A stretch of 64,000 bases of DNA from Lingula anatina (taxonomy: Eukaryota > Animalia > Brachiopoda), in assembly GCA_051362555.1 (NCBI GenBank), contig CM120641.1, forward strand, positions 19,654,001 through 19,718,000, given 5' to 3'. A program made the position numbers and the translations under genes. Shown here piece by piece: positions 14,762 to 29,653 of this stretch. The notes below the pieces were generated by a model. The model did no database searches. It saw only the letters and a list, made by a program, of their open reading frames with translations, and was not told the origin of the DNA. The number at the start of each line of letters is the position of its first letter. Within the stretch, counting starts at the first letter, position 1.

Positions 14762-14817
14762 AATAAAGTAATAAATTTTGTAAAGTGACAGCAATTTGAC
14801 AAATGGTTGCATTTATT
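14762..14817. terminator. Opposed poly(A) signals of the ZNF839-like gene (+) and CINP (-)
   Basis: AATAAA at 14762-14767 and 14770-14775 on +; TTTATT at 14812-14817 (AATAAA on -). Confidence 0.55.
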
Positions 14818-14948
14818 CAAAGTAAAGAAAATATCCATGTGCAGTTTGTCCTGCTATCACAGCATGAATGCTCCAATTTTTTTTTTACAAAAGCTTAATT
14901 TGCCTTATGAGATCATAATTAAATTTACAAAAATTATTTGCAAAAGGT

Positions 14949-17541
14949 CTACCTAAATCCTGTTTCCACCACCATGCTCTGTATTAAAATGTCTGCATTT
15001 TTATCAATATAAGGCTGGTGGAGCCAGGCTGAGGTGTAAAACATTAATTTTTCCCTATTCTGGACATGTGCTACATTTTGCACAATTGTTGTCTTCAGTT
15101 CTAATTCTCTGTTAAACATGGCAAGGAGCTCCTCTGAGGCATTATCTGAAAAACAGTTTAAAAAGTACAAAATATTATTGAAATCCTCTTAACTTTAAAA
15201 TGGATTTAACAGGATTTGTGTCGCAATTTAAAACATGATGATAAATTATATTCGAACTTACAGAACTCTTCTATTGGCCATGTCTGAAACAGAGGTTCTG
15301 CACCTCCTACACATCGATGCCATTCCAAATCTCTAACGCCTTTTAATGCTGCTGTCACTATCTCAAGCTTTTTCACAATTTTATTCTGCAACAGAAGTAT
15401 GTGCTGATAAGAACATCTCATGTTGAATTAATGGAATCAAAACACTGACAACATCCACTCTGTATTAAAGGACATATCCAATAATGTTTTGCGCTTTCTT
15501 TCCAAATGATTTTTCCCAGAGCAAAAATCGTGCTCTGGTAGTTGAACAGTTAGCTTGTAATTCTACCTTGGTATTTGCTCTTATCTATGAGATCATTGGG
15601 CTATGTGTTTTAGAAAAAAAAGTAAAATGTACTTGCAATCTTGGTTTTCTAAACAAAATATGTTAATGTAACAAATATTGAACTGGCTATACTCCAATTT
15701 AGTAACACCGAATACATTTTTTTCAGAAAGTATCTAAGTGTATACCATTCCTTCTAAAACAGTATCAAGTGCCTTGCACCATGTTTCTAGCTCTTCTGGC
15801 ATGGAAAAAGTATTTCTTGTTACACTGTCCTCTTCATCATCTGCAGAACTCGTAGAGTTGAATCTAAATAAGAAAGAGCACACCTTTTATCAATAAATTG
15901 CTTCTAGAAACCAATTGTGCATAACACACAAGATACACTGTCACTTTATGTGAAATGACCAAGGCATTTTACTAATATCTAAACTTGTTGCAGCAATACC
16001 ATTCATTGTATTTTTCTGTCACTAGATAAAATGGATGCTTTTTTAAAGTTTCGTCCTTGATGTTTTAATGGTAAAGAACAAGCTAACAACATAACTTGGC
16101 TCTAGCTCTTACATTGTTTCCAACTTCAAATTTGCAATCTTGTTAATGATGGACATTCCCTTGGAGCTCAAAGCATTCCAGCTTTGTACATGATTATGCC
16201 AGTCAGCTGCACTATCTTTGACCTTCCTTGCACTGCCTGTAAGATTACCAGCTTGTGGACTCCTTGTCGGACACTCTAAAAGGATTTTATTTGAATTTTT
16301 ACAATACACTTTTAAGTTATTAAAATTACATTATTAAAATAATAAAGCTTGTGTTTCAAACTAAAAGGAATATAATTTGGGGATTAAAATTTTGGCATAC
16401 ACACATTTCTGCATTTAATACTCCATGGGAAACAATTATAGGTGGTGCTTATTGTTCTTTTTTGCAAAACACCATGAAAAGTGCCCCATGAATGTCTTAT
16501 TTTTACAAGTTCAACACCACCTGCTGCTTCTTTACAACCGCATCACAAAATGACCTGTGTTGACACATTTAAATTTCTAGTCTTTGTTCATGATGCTTTT
16601 TACAAAGTTGCACCGATCTAGTCACTCACTAATATGTTCCAGCAAGAAACCTGAGGTCTGTAGACAAATTGTTACTTAAGCTGGTAAAAATGCGCCTAAA
16701 AACTTATGGTGACATTTCTTTTAAATCAGCAGGTCCAAAGAAATGGAATTTATTACCAACAGAAATCCGATCAATAGAGTCTACCAAACATTTTAAAAAA
16801 GAATTGAAGACATACCTATTCAGGAAATTTTTTGATTAATCGACTTCTAAATTTTATAGTAATTGCATATTTGCAATAAGGCTGTTCTTTTTTTATCTAG
16901 AATTGATTATTTTTTCTTAACAAACATATTTTAGTTATGTACTGCAAGTGCTTTTATGTGAGAATCCGTATGTTTTATCTAGAATACTCTTATTTTTTAT
17001 TTATTTATTTATTTATTTTTTGTCATTAAGTTCTGTAATTTTTCTTTTATCTATTCCTTATAATTGATTTCTTTAGTAATTGTTTTATGTATATGTAAAG
17101 TCTTCTGAACATGTTATAATGGATTTAAGACTCAAAATAAATTAATTATTATTATTATTTAAATTGGATGACATTGCCACATGGTCTATGTTTTGGTGAT
17201 CTAGAAAAGGTCAATAGTGAAAAAAATATAGGAGGAACTATATAATGATATTCATTTAAGTTGTTCTGACGTGCATAAAACAAGGACTACGAATTTGTTC
17301 ATGATCAGATATGTAACTTTAAGTGAAGCAGTAATACTAGTGCTACTTATTTTCAGATTCCTGGCATAATTAGAAAATAACGCGTGGTCCCTCTGACCCT
17401 GGCCACAGTAATCCCACCAATCTCATTGGCATCTCCTTTTGTAAATACACTAGTACCTTGTATGGGTGAAAACAAGGAGTTTGGGCTATTGCCCGCGGTG
17501 TTCTCACTCGCAATTGAGGGAGATCTTGCTTGACTGCTCAT
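14949..17541 (-). CDS. CINP: CDK2-interacting protein
   Basis: Exons on - strand: 17541-17457, 16275-16113, 15863-15746, 15385-15262, 15145-14949, all phase-compatible. Motifs SARKVKDSAADWHN, PLFQTWP and SAWLHQPYI...SMVVETG. The start exon is less certain than the rest. Confidence 0.92.
16633..17160 (+). mobile_element. 5'-truncated L2/CR1-group LINE (ORF2 C-terminus plus 3' UTR) in CINP intron 1, antisense to CINP
   Basis: 16633-16839 translates YVPARNLRS...KTYGDISFKSAGPKKWNLLPTEIRSIESTKHFKKELKTYLF..*, the characteristic L2-clade ORF2 tail; followed by a T-rich UTR ending AAATAAA plus (ATT)n. Confidence 0.85.
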
Positions 17542-17800
17542 GGTCCATGCCGTGGATAAGATAGATGTTATTCGCGGCCGGTTATTTGCACATGTCCGGA
17601 AGTGACCTGATAATGTTTTTACTATCCGCAGTTTTGAAAGTTTGCGATTGTGATTGGTGTACGGCATGCGTATTCACTATTTTCAGATTGCAAAACAATT
17701 TGGAATTGATGCACTTTCTTATCAAAATATTTCTGAATTAAATCAAATTAAGTTATGATTAACCACGTATATCGAACTACATTTATAGAGTCAAAAAGGT
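17542..17800. promoter_or_regulatory. Bidirectional promoter CINP / ribokinase
   Basis: CpG-enriched island between divergent genes; ETS motif CCGGAAGTG at 17596-17604; reverse CCAAT near 17653; donor AAG|GTAAGA at 17799 is a candidate end of a non-coding ribokinase exon 1. Confidence 0.55.
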
Positions 17801-18672
17801 AAGAGTGCGGATTGAGTAATATGTCTGCGCCCTGATCGGTCAAACTACGAATCATTTCCCGGCGAACGTTTGTCTCGTGAATCCAAGTACATGTGTTTAA
17901 GTTGATTCTTGGTATTCAGCCCCACAAAGAATAACCCTGTAAGTATTGTTTAGATTCAGACTCATTGGTAGTTTACATTTATTGTCTTTTGCATCAAATT
18001 ATTGTCTGAACTTACAGATGCCGCACAAGGACAGACGAAGGTCGTTTTCGGCTTTCGTAAATCCTGACCTTTCGGACCTTTTTCGTTGAAAGTCATTTTA
18101 TGGCCTTTTTGGTTGAGTAATATGTTTCTTTTAGGGAAAAGTGATACACAGATTGTTTCACTTAAAATGTGATTTTACTGCTTTTGCCCCAGATAACAAA
18201 GTTGTGTATAAATGCGTGCCTGTAAGCAGTCAACTTGAAGTTGAAATTAATACATACAATGTAGGCTAACAACGCATCTACATGTACATGTGACCTGTCA
18301 CTTGTTAATCAGACAGTGGTCTAAGTGCTTTTGTAATAACGATTAATTAACTGATTTCTAACTTAATTGATGGATTAACTAATTAAATGATTTACTTATT
18401 AATTTATATTTAATCTGTCATATTTTTCTGTAAAATAAGACATAGTTTTAAAAATTTCTGAATTTGGCACGATTCCAGTTGAAAAAGACTGTGTTTTCCA
18501 ATTTAGTTTAAAAAAACCATTCCATTATATGGAGCTCAGATTTGAAAGATAAGACCCATGGCTTTTAAAGAATTGTAATGAAGAATAGTGTATCCATTAA
18601 GAAATGTTTTTAAAAAATCTGCAACACAAATGTACATATTTGTCAATCATTGTTACTTTTGGTCAGGAAAAA

Positions 18673-21752
<3,080 letters not shown>

Positions 21753-22818
21753 TGTCAATCCAATTTGTGACTTTGTTTGATTTTTTTTCATAAATTTAAC
21801 ATTTCTTGTTGAGCAATGGTTGGTATGCAGCTAATGTAGAGAAAATGTGTGAAAAAAATATTAAAAGCAGATACATGTGCATCTATAGGATTTTTGTGTG
21901 TTTTCGTTTGCCAGCATTTAATGGTTTGTGACCAGGTCACGTGTTTAAATAAAGTAATCTGTGTTCTGTGATTGTGTATCCAGCCTATGATACTAAGCTT
22001 GTTGTTGCATGTTAAATGTTCATCAATTTTGCTTCCTTGCAATTTTAATGGACTGCTGTCTTATTTTCCCTTCTGCAAAAATTGGATAAGTATCAATCAA
22101 GATGTATATGAGTATTATCTGGACATCATCAGTGAACATTGTAATCGGACAGAAAATTGTAATCTAGAAGAGATGTCTTACAATTTATGAAATGGATGAA
22201 AAGAAAACATTGTTTTACTGTGGTGTGTGTGTGGTGATATTGTATGTTTAAGTGACTTCTGATTATTCCACAGGAGGTAGGATAAATGTATTGGAGATCA
22301 TAATTGATTTTATTTTGAAGGATATCTTATGACATGTAACTGTCTTGTGTATATTATTTAGTGTAATTCAAATAGCTAGCATAACTCGTTTTGTGTTGTT
22401 ATTTGAATTTTTTTTCAAAGCTACAGGCTTGTAGACTGTTCAGATGCAATATGGTGCAAAAATTTCATTACTAATAAATGTTATAAGTGCAACTTGTATG
22501 TGCAATGTAAATAATCCAGTGCTTGTATTAGTGCTTTAGGTATCTTTGGTTTTGGTTTCTCATAATAGGACCCTTGAGAACAGCCTGCAGTGATCATTAT
22601 ATGTGAATGCAGAGCTCTGTTTCAAATTTGAACTCAAGTTTTTCTGTGTAACTTCAGCAACTTGAAACTTAAATGCAGTTGCCGATATGATTCTGTTGAC
22701 TTAAATCAGAAACAGAGGATGTGGTATGCCAAAGCCATTCACTTACTGCTAGTTGCTTCAGAATGCTATCTTATATAATGCAATTGATTTATTGTAGTTC
22801 TTGCATATTACCACCTTA

Positions 22819-23364
22819 GAGCGCATTCTCAACGAAGTAAGCCAGGCTTTACAAAGCCAGTGACCTAAAAATGGCAGACGTACATGAAAGAAAAACCGCC
22901 TAATCTTTTAATAGTCTCTCCGCCTCCCCACACGTCGTCCCTGCGGGGTACAGTAATTAAATCGCGTCTCCGTTCGCCATGCGGAAGCTACCTGAGAAAT
23001 ATTAAGTGCGCATGCTCATCAGTTAAACTCGTGGTGAAGAAAGCATTGCGGCTGAGGGCGATCGAAGGAAAAAAGCTCTTCTGTTCTATTATCTTTGAAA
23101 ACAGAGACGAAAAAGGAATAATTTGGCCCGTAGAGCAGCAATGAATCGACTATCTACGGAGATAATATCACCAGAGATATTCACGGAAATATTAATGTTC
23201 GGAGCCGAGATTTAATTACTGTACCCCGCAGGGACGACGTGTGGGGAGGCGTGTGAGAGGCGGAGAGACTATTAAAAGATTAGGCGGTTTTTCTTTCATG
23301 TACGTCCGCCATTTTTAGGTCACCGGCTTTGTAAAGCCTGGCTTACTTCGTTGAGAATGCGCTC
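22819..23364. mobile_element. PIF/Harbinger-type MITE with long terminal inverted repeats
   Basis: About 145-bp near-perfect inverted arms (GAGCGCATTCTCAACGAAGTAAGCC...CAGTAATTAAATC; right arm has a short insertion), flanked on both sides by TTA (22816-22818, 23365-23367). Confidence 0.9.
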
Positions 23365-24254
23365 TTAGTCTCCTTTAATGATGCAAGTAACATGAAAATT
23401 TGTGCTTAATTGTATAAATACTTATTATAATAATCAGCTTTTAAATGTTGATTTATATCAAGTACCAGCAGTTGACCAGTTTTAGATATTGAGAGCTCAC
23501 AAAATATAATTTGGGATCAATATCACTGTAAAAATCTTTTTCATTATTATTGATTATTTCTATTGGATTTATTGGATTATGTTAAACAGTATTTCCAGGT
23601 GCCTTTGATCCAGTTGCAATGGCTTAACTTAGTACTGTTCTATCCCATAAGATGGATGTGAATTCTGTCAGTTCACTGATCAGGGAATATCTTCGCTATT
23701 GCACTACCCACTGGCATAACCAGCACATGGTGTAGCAACAAAACTTTGATTTTTGGTCCTTTTGGATGTTGCGGTTAACAACAGCAGCATAAATTTCAAT
23801 TTTTCTGGTAGTATTGCAGATTTTTTCAACTAGCCCTTTTGATTTTGTATATTATAATGAAAATTTTTTATCATTCTGGTGGCCTTTCTATGTTTGTTAG
23901 AAAATACAGAAAAACTGAAGTTCAAATTGGCCATTTTATGGATGTTATGAATTGTGTATGTGTAATCTGATTCCTGATTAGAAGGACCCAGTTAGTATGC
24001 CATAATTGCAATATCTTCTGTGATAGCTCTTTACTGCGTTAAGCACCAGCTCACTACTGGAAAAGAGGCAACTGTTCTTTTCGTATTTGTATAGTAGTAT
24101 GCATGATAATTGTTTGAAGTGCTGGGGGTGTGAAAAATTTGAATTTTTCATGATGGTTTAGCCACCATACAAAACATTGGAGTTCCAAGAAGTACAATGT
24201 ACATGTGATCACGCTTGTACTAGTACATTTCCTTTGCTTTTATTATATTTTTGC

Positions 24255-24284
24255 CCTATATCAGCTACTAGTAGCTGATATAGG
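24255..24284. repeat. Perfect 30-bp palindrome
   Basis: CCTATATCAGCTACT|AGTAGCTGATATAGG, no spacer. Confidence 0.9.
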
Positions 24285-25347
24285 AAAACATGACAAGGGT
24301 CTGATCTATAATGATCAACTGGATTTTATTTTACTGATACTGCTGGACACATGGCAGTAGTTAAAAACTCTGGGGGTCTTGTCACTACACTCTCTGGCAG
24401 TTTTTTTCCTCTTGTATTGTTGATAGTGTTAAGGTTGTTTGCAGAGACCACTGATTTGAATGTTATTAGTGATTTTACAGTAATTTTATACTGTTACATT
24501 ATGATGATTTGAGTATATTCTTAAGTCAAAATTACACTCCTCTCAATGTTATTTATCTATTGTTATTTATTGATGCAGTAAGATGTTTCAGAAATATTGC
24601 TTTTTAAAGTAGATGCTAAGCATGTATTTACAAATCATGATAGAAACTCTTGGTTTTCCGTGTTTCACATATTGTAAAGTTTTGTTTCTAATAAATCTGT
24701 TAAATTTTGAATCTTGCAGTTTTTTTAAGTGTGCTCCTGTGTACCAGTATATCATGGAAAATAACACATACTGAAAAATCCCCAAAGAAAGATTTCCCCC
24801 CCATATGCTCTCTTATAATTGTTTTGGTCTGTGTATTCTTTAAAATGGGCATTTACTTTTAATCACAAATGTTTACCATGGCAAAGGTACAGGTATGTTT
24901 GTTATCTGCTTTTAATCTTTCATCCCAGCCAGTACAATAAATATCACTTCTCCAAAATTTATTTTAATACATTAAAACAGTCTTTAGAAATTAAAATAAA
25001 TGCTGCTTATAAAACATGATTAGCAACACATAGATCTATTGTGTTTTCATTTTCAAACATTAAAAAAATATTTTGTCTGAAATATTTTGTTTCACCGCAC
25101 GTGGACTTCCTTCCTAAATACATTTATAATTTAGTCGTCCAGCCCTACCGTCGGGCATTATTTCTTGATAAACCTCTCTGTTTGGGCTAAAACGAGGCTG
25201 ATGTGTGGAAGTGTGCAGACATATTTTGCTAAAAGCTAACATGGAGAGTATACCGCGTATTTATGGATCCTAGTCATCGGAAGGTTTGTGCTTAACTCCT
25301 TGCTTAAACGGTTGGTGAATTACTGTAGTCTACACAAAGTAATTACG

Positions 25348-28321
25348 ATGGGGTTACTGACAATATTGAAGAAGATGAAACAGAAGGAAAAGGAAGTTCG
25401 ATTATTGATGCTGTATCCTTACTGATATAAGCACTGGTATTGTATCTGGTGATCCAACTTGGTAGAGACATATTTCAAACGATTATAATTTCATCCATCG
25501 AATATTATGTCCTGCGGTTCTCGCCCAGCAGTGAACCGAACCTGGCAAAACCATAATGCTATTGTATTATATTGGTGAATTTAGTTATTTTTAGAAAACT
25601 ACGTGTGTATGTCGTTATTGGTGCTGGTGCTGGTGGTGGTGGGAGGGGGTGGGAGTGCAAATATAGCGTCACCAGTCTGGTGTTCTTGGTTACCGAGTTA
25701 ATTTTGAGCTCACTAGTAAAATGCATGGAGATTCAGCTGCTTAGTTTATATATTTTGTTAATTAGTAAATGTTAACTTAACTTGAGCTTAATAAGTTGTA
25801 AAAATTATAGCCGTCTTAGCCCAGCATTTAAACCATTTCAGAGGGGAAGCCGTATATATGCGATTTAATGGTAGCAAACACATTTACCAAGGAGTTATAA
25901 CTCCTTTCATTTACTAAGCTTAGCGTTACATTTGATAGTAACAGTGTGACATGAGTGTGCCTTAACTCAAACTCAGAGGTTTGGATAATGCAGGCAAAAC
26001 CACAATCCTAAAAAAATTCAACGGAGAAGATATCAACACAATTTCACCAACTCTGGGCTTCAATATAAAAACATTAGAACATAGAGGGTAAGTTCTTTCA
26101 TTAATGCAAATGATATTCCAGTAACCATCTTATTTTGAGATGAAATAATTAAAATTTCCTGGTTGATTTTGGGTTAATTCTTTGGAGGACACCTTGCTCT
26201 GCTGCTGTATAGGTAATCAGTGAAATTGTTGCTTTAGCCGGATTGCTTTAAGAATTCATCTAAATAGGACATATTATACTTCAGTGAGGAGTTGGAAAAA
26301 TATTTTTATGATTTGATACATCTTCCGTGTGCTTAATATTGTATGTATTAACTCTGTCACAACAATAACATTTGAGGAATTTTTATCATACTCTGAGAAG
26401 TTAAAATTATTTTAAATTAACAATGTATCAGTAACGTAACAAAATGCCTTGCACCTTTCAGATTTAAATTAAACATTTGGGATGTTGGAGGCCAAAAATC
26501 ACTACGGTCATATTGGAGAAATTATTTTGAAAGTACAGATGGTCTTATATGGGTAGTAGACAGTGCAGACAGGCGAAGATTATCTGACTGTAAAGAAGAG
26601 TTACACCAGTTATTAGTTGAAGAGGTAAGAATACCAGGAGTGCACTCTATGCAATCTTTTCCTGAACTATCAGAGGTAGATACTTTGTATAGGTATGATG
26701 TCAGTATCTCTTCTATGACAACATAGGAATTAGAAATTTACTGATTTGCACAAATTTCAGGGCTTAATTTTCATGTCAGCTTTTATTGTATAGCATCAAT
26801 CAAATGATTTCAAAGACCATTGTATCATGTAAAGGTGTAAAGTTCCTTTAAATTGGATATTTGAATTAAAAATAAAATTCCTTGATTCTCCTAGTTATTT
26901 ATTTGCTATGAATTGTTTTAAACATTGCAGAGGTTAGCAGGTGCAACATTATTAGTATTTGCAAACAAGCAAGATTTACCAGGTGCATTACCTGCAGAAG
27001 AAATCAAAGAGGTTTGCCATGTTTAAAATTTTGTAATCCAAAGAAATCATTTTGATATATACTGAACAAAAATATAAACGCACGAAACTAAAATGGTCAG
27101 TTGAAATGGATAATCATGAAATATGCCCAGGTTGATGCTTTATTTGTGAACTGATGGATTTGTTTTGATCAATTATAGTGGTCTGGTTTCACTTGGTAGC
27201 TCCCCGTGAGTATACTCAAAGGTTCAGTTTTTACACCCATAAGACTAATGGAGCATGATGGAGTAGAGGTCAATCTGCAAGACCAATACACATACACTCT
27301 CTACCCTCTAGGCAATAAAAGGACACACCAAAATGTGTATTTCTGCCACTTGTCAACATGCCACAGATGTCTGGAACTATGAGGGAGCATGCCATCAGCA
27401 TGCTCAATGCTGGCTTGTCAGTAACAGAAGTTGCAGCATGTCTGAATGTGCATCATTCCACCGCCAGCCGTCTGGGAACACGCTACAGAGACACACAAGA
27501 CCATTAGGAATCACCCTCATGCACCATGTCGCCCAACAAACACCTGTGGAATGTTCTGGATCAGAGTTTTCAGCCATCATGTTCCAGCTCTCGAGAATGT
27601 TCGCCAACTGCGAGTAGCACTCCAGGAGGAAGGGGATAATATCCCTTAGGCCTCTATTGACAACTTAGTGATGTCCATGTGCCGCTGGTGTACTGCTCTG
27701 CACAAATTTAATGGTGTCTGTGAACTCAGGATGTTGACCCCCATGATGTATTTGATGCCCTAACTCTTGGACTATGCATTTAAACTTCCCCTAATGCTCT
27801 CAAAGTGATGTCTATTTGTCGAGAAAAATATGCTGTTATTTTTGGCTATATACTCTAGTTCCATATATGAAAATATATCTACATATTCTTTCGTGCATTT
27901 ATATTTTTGTTCAGTATATTTATGAACAGTTTTTGTAAAACAGTAAGCTTGATTGGATGAGATTGGAACTTCCGTAAAAGATAATATAATATAATCTTAT
28001 ACAGACTATTTATAATTTGTAATCTTTCAGTTTGCTCAAATATAATTTTCTAAGATATTTCAAATATTGCTACATTATGGATAATTTTCTTTGTGAAGGC
28101 TCACAGCAAATGTTAGTTTTAGGGTTGACACTCTTCATTGTTCTTACTGAAACTGATTGTTATTATAGTACCCTTTTTCATTTCAGGCTTTAGAATTGGA
28201 CCTTATCAAGACGCATCACTGGTTAATTCAAGGTTGTAGTGCTGTGACTGGTGAAAATTTACTACAAGGAATGGACTGGATCATACAAGACATTTCTTCG
28301 AGAATTTTTACTATGGATTGA
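25348..28321 (+). CDS. ARL2: ADP-ribosylation factor-like protein 2, 184 aa
   Basis: Exons 25348-25412, 25977-26087, 26462-26624, 26931-27011, 28187-28321 total 555 nt. [63 protein letters not shown]. Confidence 0.97.
25413..25976 (+). other. U12-type (minor spliceosome) GT-AG intron, ARL2 intron 1
   Basis: 5' site GTATCCTTAC; branch sequence TGCCTTAAC at 25958-25966, 10 nt before the intron end; no polypyrimidine tract. Confidence 0.9.
27060..27916 (+). mobile_element. Internally deleted Tc1-like transposon in ARL2 intron 4
   Basis: TIRs TACTGAACAAAAATATAAA(C/T)GCACGAAA, TA on both sides; 27358-27507 encodes a Tc1 N-terminal HTH ([39 protein letters not shown]); C-terminal remnants [11 protein letters not shown] and [31 protein letters not shown]; catalytic core mostly missing. 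Confidence 0.92.
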
Positions 28322-28745
28322 GCTCATTTAAAAATAATGTATTAACATTATTGCCAGCGAAGTATCATAAAATAAGCAAAGAGTGTACTAGTTGGTATCA
28401 CCCTTCGAAATTGTTTAAAATTTGAAAGGTGAATATATTATAGAGTTGAAAAGTTTTCAAAGGAGACAATATTTTAAATTATGTGCAGAAAGAAAAGTGA
28501 TGACAACGAGTCCTTTGCAGTACTGCCTTTGTCATAGAAATATTCAAAATCTGAACAAAGCTAGTTTTATGTAACTTTCATCATCAAAATTTTAATTGTA
28601 AATTATTTCTTAAAAGTTCTTTGTTCCAGAAAGCTGTAAAATATGACACTTGCATTGTGTAAGATAAAGATGCAAGCTACTTATGGGTCTTCTTTTGTAA
28701 ATAATCTTAATCGTATAATTATATAGTCAAGTCAGTGTGGACAAA

Positions 28746-28961
28746 GACCCCATTCCCATATATATTTAGATCGATCTTTCCTCCTGGGGAGTCTCACTAG
28801 ATTGGAGTCAACTTAACTGGCTTAAATGTCTGTCCCACCTACTAAAAGCTGTAAGGGGGTAATTAACTGTCGAGCATGCTCGGCTGACAGCAATTTAGCT
28901 TGAACCCCCAGGGAGTTAGGTGGATCCAGATGGATCGATCTAAATATCTGGGAATGCTCTC
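28746..28961. mobile_element. Foldback MITE (Harbinger-like termini) in the putative ARL2 3' UTR
   Basis: Arms CATTCCCATATATATTTAGATCGATC / GATCGATCTAAATATCTGGGAATG; G-N4-CATTC termini as in neighbouring MITEs; flanks AAA/AAA. Confidence 0.65.
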
Positions 28962-29236
28962 AAAATCACATTCCTGCATAAGCATTACAGCACAATGTCA
29001 CCTGCTGTCTCAACAGACACAATAAAGATTATATACACCTAAAACTTAGTTTTGGTCAGAATTAATTTGGAATTATGCTAAAACATTCTTTGTCATGAAA
29101 TTAAATTTGTTGCAGAATAGACATTTATACTGGCTTTTGTTGCAAAAAAGTCTTTTTATTAGAATATGAAGCCTTTTATTCAGTTACATTTTAGAGGATT
29201 AAAAATATTGAAAATCCCTATGGAGTTTTTCACTTA

Positions 29237-29411
29237 GGCCCCATTCATAATAGGGGACTAACTAGTCTGAGGGTTAAATATGGTGACCCACTACAAAGCT
29301 GGCCGACTAATCCACTAGTAGACACTGAATAGATACCCCGTGGGGAAGTATTCAAGTGGGTCGACCATATTTAACCCTCTGACTAGTAAGTCCCCTATTC
29401 TGAATGGTACC
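29237..29411. mobile_element. PIF/Harbinger-type foldback MITE
   Basis: About 56-bp inverted arms GGCCCCATTCATAATAGGGGACT... / ...AGTCCCCTATTCTGAATGGTACC; TTA on both sides (29234-29236, 29412-29414). Confidence 0.85.
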
Positions 29412-29414
29412 TTA

Positions 29415-29653
29415 GAAAGCATTCAGAACAAGTTGATCTGTGAATCAATATGGCCCACCCACTTAAAAGCAAGCTGCCTAATCCCTGATGTATGTGCTAT
29501 CCCTGCAGGGGTCTAACAATTAAACATTAGACCCGAGATATCCTCCATTTAATAGAGCCGGGAAGACCATCACAGGTGGCTTGCTTTTAAATTGGATCGG
29601 CCATATTTAGTCCGTGGATCAGTTAGCGTGAGAATCATCTGTTCTGAATACAC
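29415..29653. mobile_element. Second, related foldback MITE abutting the previous one at a shared TTA
   Basis: Arms GCATTCAGAACA...AATATGGCC...TTAAAAGCAAGC / GCTTGCTTTTAA...GGCCATATT...TGTTCTGAATAC; internal hairpin GGGTCTAA/TTAGACCC; TTA at 29412-29414 and 29654-29656. Confidence 0.75.

Noticed and set aside
17353-17667. 104-aa minus-strand ORF as a separate gene
   Set aside because: Explained by CINP exon 1 plus flanking UTR and intron.
22884-23144. 86-aa ORF
   Set aside because: Lies inside the Harbinger MITE and partly in its TIR; no transposase or Myb/SANT motif.
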